In this document: piece after piece, positions 39,051-52,300 of the stretch
How positions within the stretch are numbered: the first letter of the stretch is position 1
Layout of the letters: each line of letters begins with the position of its first letter
DNA from: Eledone cirrhosa
Taxonomy: Eukaryota
Reading direction: 5' to 3'
Assembly (NCBI GenBank): GCA_964016885.1
Contig: CAXHJY010000096.1
Coordinates: forward strand, 1 to 64,000
DNA: 64,000 nucleotides
Notes under the pieces: model-generated
What the model was told of the DNA's origin: nothing
The model's database searches: none
The model's input: only the letters and a program-made list of their open reading frames with translations
Position numbers and translations under genes: made by a program

Positions 39051-42000
39051 GATAATATTTAAAAAAATCAGGCGGAGATAATTTGGAAAAAAATCAGGGG
39101 GAGATAATTTGTAAAAAAAAAATCAGGGGGAGATAATTTGTAAAAAAAATCAGGGGGAGATAATTTGTAAGAAAAAATCAGGGGTAGATAATTTGTAAAA
39201 AAAAATCAGGGGCAGATAATTTGTAAAAAAAAATCAGGGGGAGATAATTTGTAAAAAAAATGAAAGGGGAGATAATATCCAGCCGTCCAAGGGGAGATAA
39301 TCTCCAGCCGTCCAAGGGGAGATAATTTCCAGCCGTCCAAGGGGAGATAATTTCCATCCTTCCAAGGGGATATAATTTCCAGCCGTTCAAGGGGAGATAA
39401 TTTCCCGCCAGCCAAGGGAAGATAATTTTTAAAAAAATCAGGCGGAGATTGTAAAAAAAATCAGGGGGGAGATAATTTGTAAAAAAATCAGGGGGAGATA
39501 ATTTGTAAAAAAAAATCAGGGGGAGATAATTTGTAAAAAATAATCAGGGGGAGATAATTTGTAAAAAAAAATCAAGGGGAGATAATTTCCAGCCGTCCAA
39601 GGGGAGATAATTTCCCGCCAGCCAAGGGAAGATAATATTTAAAAAAATTAGGCGGAGATAATTTGTAAAAAAATCAGGGGGAGATAATTTGTAAAAAAAT
39701 CAGGGGGAGATAATTTGTAAAAAAAATCAGGGGGAGATAATTTGTAAAAAAAATCATGGGGAGATAATTTGTAAAAAAAAATCAGGGGTAGATAATTTGT
39801 AAAAAAGATCAAGGGGAGATAATTTCCAGCCGTCCAAGGAGAGATAATTTAAAAAAAAATCAGGCGGAGATAATTTGTAAAAAAAAATCAGGGGGAGATA
39901 ATTTGTAAAAAATAATCAGGGGGAGATAATTTCCAGCCGTCCAAGGGGAGATAATTTTCAGCCGTCCAAGGGGAGATAATTTCCCGCCAGCCAAGGGAAG
40001 ATAATATTTAAAAAAATTAGGCGGAGATAATTTGTAAAAAAAATCAGGGGGAGATAATTTGTAAAAAAAATCAGGGGGAGATAATTTGTAAAAAAAAATC
40101 AGGGGTAGATAATTTGTAAAAAAAAATCAGGGGGAGATAATTTGTAAAAAAAAATCAGGGGGAGATAATTTGTAAAAAAAATCAAGGGGAGATAATTTCC
40201 AGCCGTCCAAGGAGAGATAATTTAAAAAAAAATCAGGCGGAGATAATTTGTAAAAAAAAATCAGGGGGAGATAATTTGTAAAAAAAAATCAGGGGGAGAT
40301 AATTTGTAAAAAAAATCAAGGGGAGATAATTTCCAGCCGTCCAAGGGGAGATAATTTTCAGCCGTCCAAGGGGAGATAATTTCCCGCCAGCCAAGGGAAG
40401 ATAATATTTAAAAAAATCAGGCGGAGATAATTTATAAAAAAAATCAGGGGGAGATAATTTGTAAAAAAATCAGGGGGAGATAATTTGTAAAAAAAAAATC
40501 AGGGGGAGATAATTTGTAAAAAAAATCAGAGGGAGATAATTTGTAAAAAAAAATCAGGGGTAGATAATTTGTAAAAAAAAATCAGGGGGAGATAATTTGT
40601 AAAAAAAAATCAGGGGGAGATAATTTGTAAAAAATAATCAGGGGGAGATAATTTGTAAAAAAAATCAAGGGGAGATAATTTCCAGCCGTCCAAGGGGAGA
40701 TAATTTTCAGCCGTCCAAGGGGAGATAATTTCCCGCCAGCCAAGGGAAGATAATATTTAAAAAAATTAGGCGGAGATAATTTGTAAAAAAAATCAGGGGG
40801 AGATAATTTGTAAAAAAATCAGGGGGAGATAATTTGTAAAAAAAATCAGGGGGAGATAATTTGTAAAAAAAATCAGGGGGGAGATAATTTGTAAAAAAAA
40901 ATCAGGGGTAGATAATTTGTAAAAAAAAATCAGGGGGAGATAATTTGTAAAAAAAATCAAGGGGAGATAATTTCCAGCCCTCCAAGGGGCTATAATTTCC
41001 AGCGTCCAAGGGGAGATAATTTCCAGCCAGCGAAGGGGAGATAATTTTTTTTAAAAAATCATTGGGAGATTTGTAAAAAAATCAGGGGGAGATAATTTGT
41101 AAAAAAAATCAAGGAGAGATAATTTCCAGCCGTCCAAGGGGAGGTAATATCTAGCCGTCCAAGGGGAGATAATTTCCAGCCGTCCAAGGGGAGATAATTT
41201 CCAGCCGTCCAAGGGTAGATAATATCCAGCCGTCCAAGGACATATTTTCCAGCCGTCCAAGGAGAGGTAATTTCTAGCCGTCCAAGGGGAGATAAATTCC
41301 AGCCTCCAAGGGGAGATAATTTCCAGCCAGCCAAGGGGAGATAATTTGTAAAAAAATCAGGGGGAGATAATTTGTAAAAAAAAATCAGGGGGAGATAATT
41401 TGTAAAAAAAAATCAGGGGGAGATAATTTGTAAAAAAAATCAGGGGGAGATAATTTGTAAAAAAAATCAGGGGTAGATAATTTGTAAAAAAAAATCAGGG
41501 GGAGATAATTTGTAAAAAAAAATCAGGGGGAGATAATTTGTAAAAAAAATCAAGGGGAGATAATTTCCAGCCGTCCAAGGGGAGATAATTTTCAGCCGTC
41601 CAAGGGGAGATAATTTCCCGCCAGCCAAGGGAAGATAATATTTAAAAAAATCAGGCGGAGATAATTTATAAAAAAAATCAGGGGGAGATAATTTGTAAAA
41701 AAATCAGGGGGAGATAATTTGTAAAAAAAAAATCAGGGGGAGATAATTTGTAAAAAAAATCAGGGGGAGATAATTTGTAAAAAAAAATCAGGGGTAGATA
41801 ATTTGTAAAAAAAAATCAGGGGGAGATAATTTGTAAAAAAAATCAGGGGGAGATAATTTGTAAAAAAAAATCAGGGGTAGATAATTTGTAAAAAAAAATC
41901 AGGGGGAGATAATTTGTAAAAAAAATCAAGGGGAGATAATTTCCAGCCGTCCAAGGGAAGATAATTTCCAGCCCTCCAAGGGGCTATAATTTCCAGCGTC

Positions 42001-45000
42001 GAAGGGGAGATAATTTCCAGCCAGCGAAGGGGAGATAATTTTTTTTAAAATATCATTGGGAGATTTGTAAAAAAAATCAGGGGGAGATAATTTGTAAAAA
42101 AAATCAAGGGGAGATAATTTCCAGCCGTCCAAGGGGAGGTAATATCTAGCCGTCCAAGGGGAGATAATTTCCAGCCGTCCAAGGGGAGATAATTTCCAGC
42201 CGTCCAAGGGTAGATAATATCCAGCCGTCCAAGGACATATTTTCCAGCCGTCCAAGGAGAGGTAATTTCTAGCCGTCCAAGGGGAGATAAATTCCAGCCT
42301 CCAAGGGGAGATAATTTCCAGCCAGCCAAGGGGAGATATTTTGTAAAAAAATCAGGGGGAGATAATTTGTAAAAAAAATCAGGGGGAGATAATTTGTAAA
42401 AAAAAATCAGGGGGAGATAATTTGCAAAAAAAAATCAGGGGGAGATAATTTGTAAAAAAAAATCAGGGGGAGATAATTTGTAAAAAAAATCAAGGGGAGA
42501 TAATTTCCAGCCGTCCAAGGGGAGATAATTTTCAGCCGTCCAAGGGGAGATAATTTCCCGCCAGCCAAGGGAAGATAATATTTAAAAAAATCAGGCGGAG
42601 ATAATTTGTAAAAAAAATCAGGGGGAGATAATTTGTAAAAAATTCAGGGGGAGATAATTTGTAAAAAAAAAATCAGGGGGAGATAATTTGTAAAAAAAAT
42701 CAGGGGGAGATAATTTGTAAAAAAAAATCAGGGGTAGATAATTTGTAAAAAAAATCAGGGGGAGATAATTTGTAAAAAAAATGAAAGGGGAGATAATATC
42801 CAGCCGTCCAAGGGGAGATAATTTCCAGCCGTCCAAGGGGAGATAATTTCCAGCCGTCCAAGGGGAGATAATTTCCATCCTTCCAAGGGGATATAATTTC
42901 CAGCCGTCCAAGGGGAGATAATTTCCCGCCTGCCAAGGGAAGATAATTTTTTAAAAAATCAGGCGGAGATTGTAAAAAAAATCAGGGGGGAGATAATTTG
43001 TAAAAAAATCAGGGGGAGATAATTTGTAAAAAAAAAATCAGGGGGAGATAATTTGTAAAAAAAAATCAGGGGGAGATAATTTGTAAAAAAAAATCAGGGG
43101 GAGATAATTTGTAAAAAAAATTAGGCGTAGATAATTTGTAAAAAAAAATCAGGGGGAGATAATTTGTAAAAAAAAATCAGGGGGAGATAATTTGTTTAAA
43201 AAATCAAGGGGAGATAATTTGCAGCCGTCCAAGGGGAGATAATTTTCAGCCGTCCAAGGAGAGGTAATTTCTAGCCGTTCAAGGGGAGATAATTTCCAGC
43301 CGTCCAAGGGGAAATAATTTCCAGCCGTCCAAGGGGAGATAATTTTTTTTAAAAAATCAGGCGGAGATAATTTGTAAAAAAAATCAGGGGGAGATAATTC
43401 GTAAAAAAAAATCAGGGGGAGATAATTTGTAAAAAAAAATCAGGGGGAGATAATTTGTAAAAAAAATCAAGGGGAGATAATTTCCAGCCGTCCAAGGGGA
43501 GGTAATATCTAGCCGTCCAAGGGGAGATAATTTCCAGCCGTCCAAGGGGAGATAATTTTTTTTAAAAAATCAGGCGGAGATAATTTGTAAAAAAAATCAG
43601 GGGGAGATAATTTGTAAACAAAATCAGGGGGAGATAATTTGTAAAAAAAAATCAGGGGGAGATAATTTGTAAAAAAAATTAGGCGTAGATAATTTGTAAA
43701 AAAAAATCAGGGGGAGATAATTTGTAAAAAAAAATCAGAGGGAGATAATTTGTTTAAAAAATCAAGGGGAGATAATTTGCAGCCGTCCAAGGGGAGATAA
43801 TTTTCAGCCGTCCAAGGAGAGGTAATTTCTAGCCGTTCAAGGGGAGATAATTTCCAGCCGTCCAAGGGGAGATAATTTCCAGCCGTCCAAGGGGAGATAA
43901 TTTTTTTTAAAAAATCAGGCGGAGATAATTTGTAAAAAAAAATCAGGGGGAGATAATTCGTAAAAAAAAATCAGGGGGAGATAATTTGTAAAAAAAATCA
44001 AGGAGAGATAATTTCCAGCCGTCCAAGGGGAGATAATTTCCAGCCGTCCAAGGAGACATATTTTCCAGCCGTCCAAGGCGAGGTAATTTCTAGCCGTCCA
44101 AGGGGAGATAAATTCCAGCCTCCAAGGGGAGATAATTTCCAGCCAGCCAAGTGGAGATAATTTGTAAAAAAATCAGGGGGAGATAATTTGTAAAAAATAT
44201 CAGGGAGATAATTTGTAAAAAAAAATCAGGGGGAGATAATTTGTAAAAAAAATCAGGGGGAGATAATTTGTAAAAAAAAATCAGGGGGAGATAATTTGTA
44301 AAAAAAATCAAGGGGTGATAATTTCCAGCCGTCCAAGGGGAGATAATTTTCAGCCGTCCAAGGGGAGATAATTTCCCGCCAGCCAAGGGAAGATAATTTC
44401 TAAAAAAATCAGGCGGAGATTGTAAAAAAAATCAGGGGGGAGATAATTTGTAAAAAAATCAGGGGGAGATAATTTGTAAAAAATAATCAGAGGGAGATAA
44501 TTTGTAAAAAAATTCAAGGGGAGATAATTTCCAGCCGTCCAAGGGAAGATAATTTCCCGCCAGCCAAGGGAAGATAATATTTAAAAAAATTAGGCGGAGA
44601 TAATTTGTAAAAAAAATCAGGGGGAGATAATTTGTAAAAAAATCAGGGGGAGATAATTTGTAAAAAAAATCAGGGGGAGATAATTTGTAAAAAAAATTAT
44701 GGGGAGATAATTTGTAAAAAAAAATCAGGGGTAGATAATTTGTAAAAAAAAATCAGGGGGAGATAATTTGTAAAAAAAAATCAGGGGGAGATAATTTGTA
44801 AAAAAAATCAAGGGGAGATAATATCCAGCCGTCCAAGGAGAGATAATTTTTAAAAAAAATGAGGCGGAGATAATTTGTAAAAAAAAAATCAGGGGGAGTT
44901 AATTTGTAAAAAAAAATGAGGGGGAGATAATTTGTAAAAAAAATCAAGGGGAGATAATTTCCAGCCGTCCAAGGGGAGATAATTTTCAGCCGTCCAAGGA

Positions 45001-48000
45001 GAGGTAATTTCTAGCCGTCGAAGGGGAGATAATTTCCAGCCGTCCAAGGGGAGGTCATTTCCAGCCGTCCAAGGGGAGATAATTTTTAAAAAAAAATCAG
45101 GCGGAGATAATTTGTAAAAAAAATCAAGGGGAGATAATTTGCAGCCGTCCAAGGGGAGATAATTTTCAGTCGTCCAAGGAGAGGTAATTTCTAGCCGTCC
45201 AAGGGGAGATAATTTCCAGCCGTCCAAGGGGAGATAATTTCCAGCCGTCCAAGGGGAGATAATTTTTTTTAAAAAATCAGGCGGAGATAATTTGTAAAAA
45301 AAATCAGGGGGAGATAATTTGTAAAAAAAAATCAGGGGGAGATAATTTGTAAAAAAAATTAGGCGTAGATAATTTGTAAAAAAAAATCAGGGGGAGATAA
45401 TTTGTAAAAAAAAATCAGGGGGAGATAATTTGTTTAAAAAATCAAGGGGAGATAATTTGCAGCCGTCCAAGGGGAGATAATTTTCAGCCGTCCAAGGAGA
45501 CGTAATTTCTAGCCGTTCAAGGGGAGATAATTTCCAGCCGTCCAAGGGGAGATAATTTCCAGCCGTCCAAGGGGAGATAATTTTTTTTAAAAAATCAAGG
45601 GGAGATAATTTCCAGCCGTCCAAGGGGAGGTAATATCTAGCCGTCCAAGGGGAGATAATTTCCAGCCGTCCAAGGGGAGATAATTTCCAGCCGTCCAAGG
45701 GGAGATAATTTCCAGCCGTCCAAGGAGACATATTTTCCAGCCGTCCAAGGCGAGGTAATTTCTAGCCGTCCAAGGGGAGATAAATTCCAGCCTCCAAGGG
45801 GAGATAATTTCCAGCCAGCCAAGTGGAGATAATTTGTAAAAAAATCAGGGGGAGATAATTTGTAAAAAATATGAGGGAGATAATTTGTAAAAAAAAATCA
45901 GGGGGAGATAATTTGTAAAAAAAATCAGGGGGAGATAATTTGTAAAAAAAAATCAGGGGGAGATAATTTGTAAAAAAAATCAAGGGGAGATAATTTCCAG
46001 CCGTCCAAGGGGAGATAATTTTCAGCCGTCCAAGGGGAGATAATTTCCCGCCAGCCAAGGGAAGATAATATTTAAAAAAATCAGGCGGAGATAATTTGTA
46101 AAATAAATCAGGGGGAGATAATTTGTAAAAAAATCAGGGGGAGATAATTTGTAAAAAAAAAATCAGGGGGAGATAATTTGTAAAAAAAATCAGGGGGAGA
46201 TAATTTGTAAAAAAAAATCAGGGGTAGATAATTTGTAAAAAAAAATCAGGGGGAGATAATTTGTAAAAAAAAATCAGGGGGAGATAATTTGTAAAAAAAA
46301 TGAAAGGGGAGATAATATCCAGCCGTCCAAGGGGAGATAATTTCCAGCCGTCCAAGGGGAGATAATTTCCAGCCGTCCAAGGGGAGATAATTTCCATCCT
46401 TCCAAGGGGATATAATTTCCAGCCGTCCAAGGGGAGATAATTTCCCGCCAGCCAAGGGAAGATAATTTTTAAAAAAATCAGGCGGAGATTGTAAAAAAAA
46501 TCAGGGGGGAGATAATTTGTAAAAAAATCAGGGGGAGATAATTTGTTAAAAATAATCAGGGGGAGATAATTTGTAAAAAAATTCAAGGGGAGATAATTTC
46601 CAGCCGTCCAAGGGGAGATAATTTCCCGCCAGCCAAGGGAAGATAATATTTAAAAAAATTAGGCGGAGATAATTTGTAAAAAAAATCAGGGGGAGATAAT
46701 TTGTAAAAAAATCAGGGGGAGATAATTTGTAAAAAAAATCAGGGGGAGATAATTTGTAAAAAAAATCCAGGGGAGATAATTTCCAGCCGTCCAAGGGGAG
46801 ATAATTTTCAGCCGTCCAAGGGGAGATAATTTCCCGCCAGCCAAGGGAAGATAATATTTAAAAAAATCAGGCGGAGATAATTTGTAAAAAAAATCAGGGG
46901 GAGATAATTTGTAAAAAATTCAGGGGGAGATAATTTGTAAAAAAAAAATCAGAGGGAGATAATTTGTAAAAAAAATCAGGGGGAGATAATTTGTAAAAAA
47001 AATCAGGGGGAGATAATTTGTAAAAAAAATGAAAGGGGAGATAATATCCAGCCGTCCAAGGGGAGATAATTTCCAGCCGTCCAAGGGGAGATAATTTCCA
47101 GCCGTCCAAGGGGAGATAATTTCCATCCTTCCAAGGGGATATAATTTCCAGCCGTCCAAGGGGAGATAATTTCGAGCCAAGGGGAGATAATTTCCAGCCG
47201 TCCAAGGGGAGATAATTTTTTTAAAAATCAGGTGGAGATAATTTGTAAAAAAAATCAGGGGGAGATAATTTGTAAAAACAAAATCAAGGGCAGATAATTT
47301 CCAGCTGTCCAAGGGGAGATAATTTCCAGCCGTCCAAGGGGAGATAATTTCCAGCCGTCCAAGGGGAGATAATTTCCATCCTTCCAAGGGGATATAATTT
47401 CCAGCCGTCCAAGGGGAGATAATTTCCCGCCAGCCAAGGGAAGATGATTTTTAAAAAAATCAGGCGGAGATTGTAAAAAAAATCAGGGGGGGAGATAATT
47501 TGTAAAAAAATCAGGGGGAGATAATTTGTAAAAAAAAAATCAGGGGGAGATAATTTGTAAAAAAAAATCAGGGGGAGATAATTTGTGAAAAAAAAATCAG
47601 GGGGAGATAATTTGTAAAAAAATTAGGCGTAGATAATTTGTAAAAAAAAATCAGGGGGAGATAATTTGTAAAAAAAAATCAGGGGGAGATAATTTGTTTA
47701 AAAAATCAAGGGGAGATAATTTGCAGCCGTCCAAGGGGAGATAATTTTCAGCCGTCCAAGGAGAGGTAATTTCTAGCCGTTCAAGGGGAGATAATTTCCA
47801 GCCGTCCAAGGGGAAATAATTTCCAGCCGTCCAAGGGGAGATAATTTTTTTAAAAAAATCAGGAGGAGATAATTTGTAAAAAAAATCAGGGGGAGATAAT
47901 TCGTAAAAAAAAATCAGGGGGAGATAATTTGTAAAAAAAAATCAGGGGGAGATAATTTGTAAAAAAAATCAAGGGGAGATAATTTCCAGCCGTCCAAGGG

Positions 48001-48059
48001 GAGGTAATATCTAGCCGTCCAAGGGGAGATAATTTTTAAAAAAAAATCAGGCGGAGATA

Positions 48060-49300
48060 ATTTGTAAAAAAAATCAAGGGGAGATAATTTGCAGCCGTCC
48101 AAGGGGAGATAATTTTCAGTCGTCCAAGGAGAGGTAATTTCTAGCCGTCCAAGGGGAGATAATTTCCAGCCGTCCAAGGGGAGATAATTTCCAGCCGTCC
48201 AAGGGGAGATAATTTTTTTTTAAAAATCAGGGGAGATAATTTGTAAAAAAAATCAGGGGGAGATAATTTTTAAAAAAAAATCAGGGGGAGATAATTTGTA
48301 AAAAAAATTAGGCGTAGATAATTTGTAAAAAATAATCAGGGGGACATAATTTGTAAAAAAAAATCAGGGGGAGATAATTTGTTTAAAAAATCAAGGGGAG
48401 ATAATTTGCAGCCGTCCAAGGGGAGATAATTTTCAGCCGTCCAAGGAGAGGTAATTTCTAGCCGTTCAAGGGGAGATAATTTCCAGCCGTCCAAGGGGAG
48501 ATAATTTTCAGTCGTCCAAGGAGAGGTAATTTCTAGCCGTCCAAGGGGAGATAATTTCCAGCCGTCCAAGGGGAGATAATTTCCAGCCGTCCAAGGGGAG
48601 ATAATTTTTTTAAAAAAAATCAGGGGGAGATAATTTGTAAAAAAAATGAGGGGGAGATAATTTGTAAAAAAAAATCAGGGGGAGATAATTTGTAAAAAAA
48701 ATTAGGCGTAGATAATTTGTAAAAAAAAATCAGGGGGACATAATTTGTAAAAAAAAATCAGGGGGAGATAATTTGTTTAAAAAATCAAGGGGAGATAATT
48801 TGCAGCCGTCCAAGGGGAGATAATTTTCAGCCGTCCAAGGAGAGGTAATTTCTAGCCGTTCAAGGGGAGATAATTTCCAGCCGTCCAAGGGGAGATAATT
48901 TCTAGCCGTCCAAGGGGAGATAATTTCCAGCCGTCCAAGGGGAGATAATTTCCAGCCGTCCAAGGGGAGATAATTTTTTTTTAAAAAATCAGGGGGAGAT
49001 AATTTGTAAAAAAAATCAGGGGGAGATAATTTGTAAAAAAAAATCAGGGGGAGATAATTTGTAAAAAAAATTAGGCGTAGATAATTTGTAAAAAAAAATC
49101 AGGGGGACATAATTTGTAAAAAAAAATCAGGGGGAGATAATTTGTTTAAAAAATCAAGGGGAGATAATTTGCAGCCGTCTAAGGGGAGATAATTTTCAGC
49201 CGTCCAAGGAGAGGTAATTTCTAGCCGTTCAAGGGGAGATAATTTCCAGCCGTCCAAGGGGAGATAATTTCCAGCCGTCCAAGGGGAGATAATTTTTTTA
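48060..49300 (+). repeat. Distal copy of the 369-394 bp higher-order repeat, 3 units
   Basis: GACATAAT marker at 48343, 48737 and 49106 (spacings 394, 369). Confidence 0.88.
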
Positions 49301-52300
49301 AAAAAATCAGGCGGAGATAATTTGTAAAAAAAAATCAGGGGGAGATAATTCGTAAAAAAAAATCAGGGGGAGATAATTTGTAAAAAAAAATCAGGGGGAG
49401 ATAATTTGTAAAAAAAATCAAGGGGAGATAATTTCCAGCCGTCCAAGGGGAGGTAATATCTAGCCGTCCAAGGGGAGATAATTTCCAGCCGTCCAAGGGG
49501 AGATAATTTCCAGCCGTCCAAGGGGAGATAATTTCCAGCCGTCCAAGGATACATATTTTCCAGCCGTCCAAGGCGAGGTAATTTCTAGCCGTCCAAGGGG
49601 AGATAAATTCCAGCCTCCAAGGGGAGATAATTTCCAGCCAGCCAAGGGGAGATAATTTGTAAAAAAACCAGGGGGAGATAATTTGTAAAAAATATCAGGG
49701 AGATAATTTGTAAAAAAAAATCAGGGGGAGATAATTTGTAAAAAAAATCAGGGGGAGATAATTTGTAAAAAAAATCAGGGGGACATAATTTGTAAAAAAA
49801 ATCAAGGGGAGATAATTTCCAGCCGTCCAAGGGGAGATAATTTTCAGCCGTCCAAGGAGAGGTAATTTCTAGCCGTCCGAGGAGAGAAAATTTCCAGCCG
49901 TCCAAGGGGAGATAATTTCCAGCCGTCCAAGGGGAGATAATTTCCAGCCGTCCAAGGAGACATATTTTCCAGCCGTCCAAGGAGAGGTAATTTCTAGCCG
50001 TCCAAGGGGAGATAAATTCCAGCCTCCAAGGGGAGATAATTTCCTGCCAGCCAAGGGGAGATAATTTGTAAAAAAATCAGGGGGAGATAATTTGCAAAAA
50101 AAATCAGGGGGAGATAATTTGTAAAAAAAAATCAGGGGGAGATAATTTGTAAAAAATAATCATGGGGAGATAATTTCCAGCCGTCCAAGGGGAGATAATT
50201 TTCAGCCGTCCAAGGGGAGATAATTTCCCGCCAGCCAAGGGAAGATAATATTTAAAAAAATTAGGCGGAGATAATTTGTAAAAAAATCAGGGGGAGATAA
50301 TTTGTAAAAAAAATCAGGGGGAGATAATTTGTAAAAAAATATCAGGGGTAGATAATTTGTAAAAAAAATCAGGGGGAGATAATTTGTAAAAAAAATCAGG
50401 GGGAGATAATTTGTAAAAGAAATCAAGGGGAGATAATTTCCAGCCGTCCAAGGAGAGATAATTTAAAAAAAAAATCAGGCGGAGATAATTTGTAAAAAAA
50501 AATCAGGGGGAGATAATTTGTAAAAAAAAATCAGGGGGAGATAATTTGTAAAAAAAAATCAAGGGGAGATAATTTCCAGTCGTCCAAGGGGAGATAATTT
50601 TCAGCCGTCCAAGGGGAGATAATTTCCCGCCAGCCAAGGGAAGATAATATTTAAAAAAATCAGGCGGAGATAATTTGGAAAAAAATCAGGGGGAGATAAT
50701 TTGTAAAAAAAAAATCAGGGGGAGATAATTTGTAAAAAAAATCAGGGGGAGATAATTTGTAAGAAAAAATCAGGGGTAGATAATTTGTAAAAAAAAATCA
50801 GGGGCAGATAATTTGTAAAAAAAAATCAGGGGGAGATAATTTGTAAAAAAAATGAAAGGGGAGATAATATCCAGCCGTCCAAGGGGAGATAATATCCAGC
50901 CGTCCAAGGGGAGATAATTTCCAGCCGTCCAAGGGGAGATAATTTCCATCCTTCCAAGGGGATATAATTTCCAGCCGTTCAAGGGGAGATAATTTCCCGC
51001 CAGCCAAGGGAAGATAATTTTTAAAAAAATCAGGCGGAGATTGTAAAAAAAATCAGGGGGGAGATAATTTGTAAAAAAAAATCAGGGGGAGATAATTTGT
51101 AAAAAATAATCAGGGGGAGATAATTTGTAAAAAAAAATCAAGGGGAGATAATTTCCAGCCGTCCAAGGGGAGATAATTTCCCGCCAGCCAAGGGAAGATA
51201 ATATTTAAAAAAATTAGGCGGAGATAATTTGTAAAAAAATCAGGGGGAGATAATTTGTAAAAAAATCAGGGGGAGATAATTTGTAAAAAAAATCAGGGGG
51301 AGATAATTTGTAAAAAAAATCATGGGGAGATAATTTGTAAAAAAAAATCAGGGGTAGATAATTTGTAAAAAAGATCAAGGGGAGATAATTTCCAGCCGTC
51401 CAAGGAGAGATAATTTAAAAAAAAATCAGGCGGAGATAATTTGTAAAAAAAAATCAGGGGGAGATAATTTGTAAAAAATAATCAGGGGGAGATAATTTCC
51501 AGCCGTCCAAGGGGAGATAATTTTCAGCCGTCCAAGGGGAGATAATTTCCCGCCAGCCAAGGGAAGATAATATTTTAAAAAATTAGGCGGAGATAATTTG
51601 TAAAAAAAATCAGGGGGAGATAATTTGTAAAAAAAATCAGGGGGAGATAATTTGTAAAAAAAATCAGGGGTAGATAATTTGTAAAAAAAATCAGGGGGAG
51701 ATAATTTGTAAAAAAAAATCAGGGGGAGATAATTTGTAAAAAAAATCAAGGGGAGATAATTTCCAGCCGTCCAAGGAAAGATAATTTTAAAAAAAATCAG
51801 GCGGAGATAATTTGTAAAAAAAAATCAGGGGGAGATAATTTGTAAAAAAAAATCAGGGGGAGATAATTTGTAAAAAAAATCAAGGGGAGATAATTTCCAG
51901 CCGTCCAAGGGGAGATAATTTTCAGCCGTCCAAGGGGAGATAATTTCCCGCCAGCCAAGGGAAGATAATATTTAAAAAAATCAGGCGGAGATAATTTATA
52001 AAAAAAATCAGGGGGAGATAATTTGTAAAAAAATCAGGGGGAGATAATTTGTAAAAAAAATCAGAGGGAGATAATTTGTAAAAAAAAATCAGGGGTAGAT
52101 AATTTGTAAAAAAAAATCAGGGGGAGATAATTTGTAAAAAAAAATCAGGGGGAGATAATTTGTAAAAAATAATCAGGGGGAGATAATTTGTAAAAAAAAT
52201 CAAGGGGAGATAATTTCCAGCCGTCCAAGGGGAGATAATTTTCAGCCGTCCAAGGGGAGATAATTTCCCGCCAGCCAAGGGAAGATAATATTTAAAAAAA

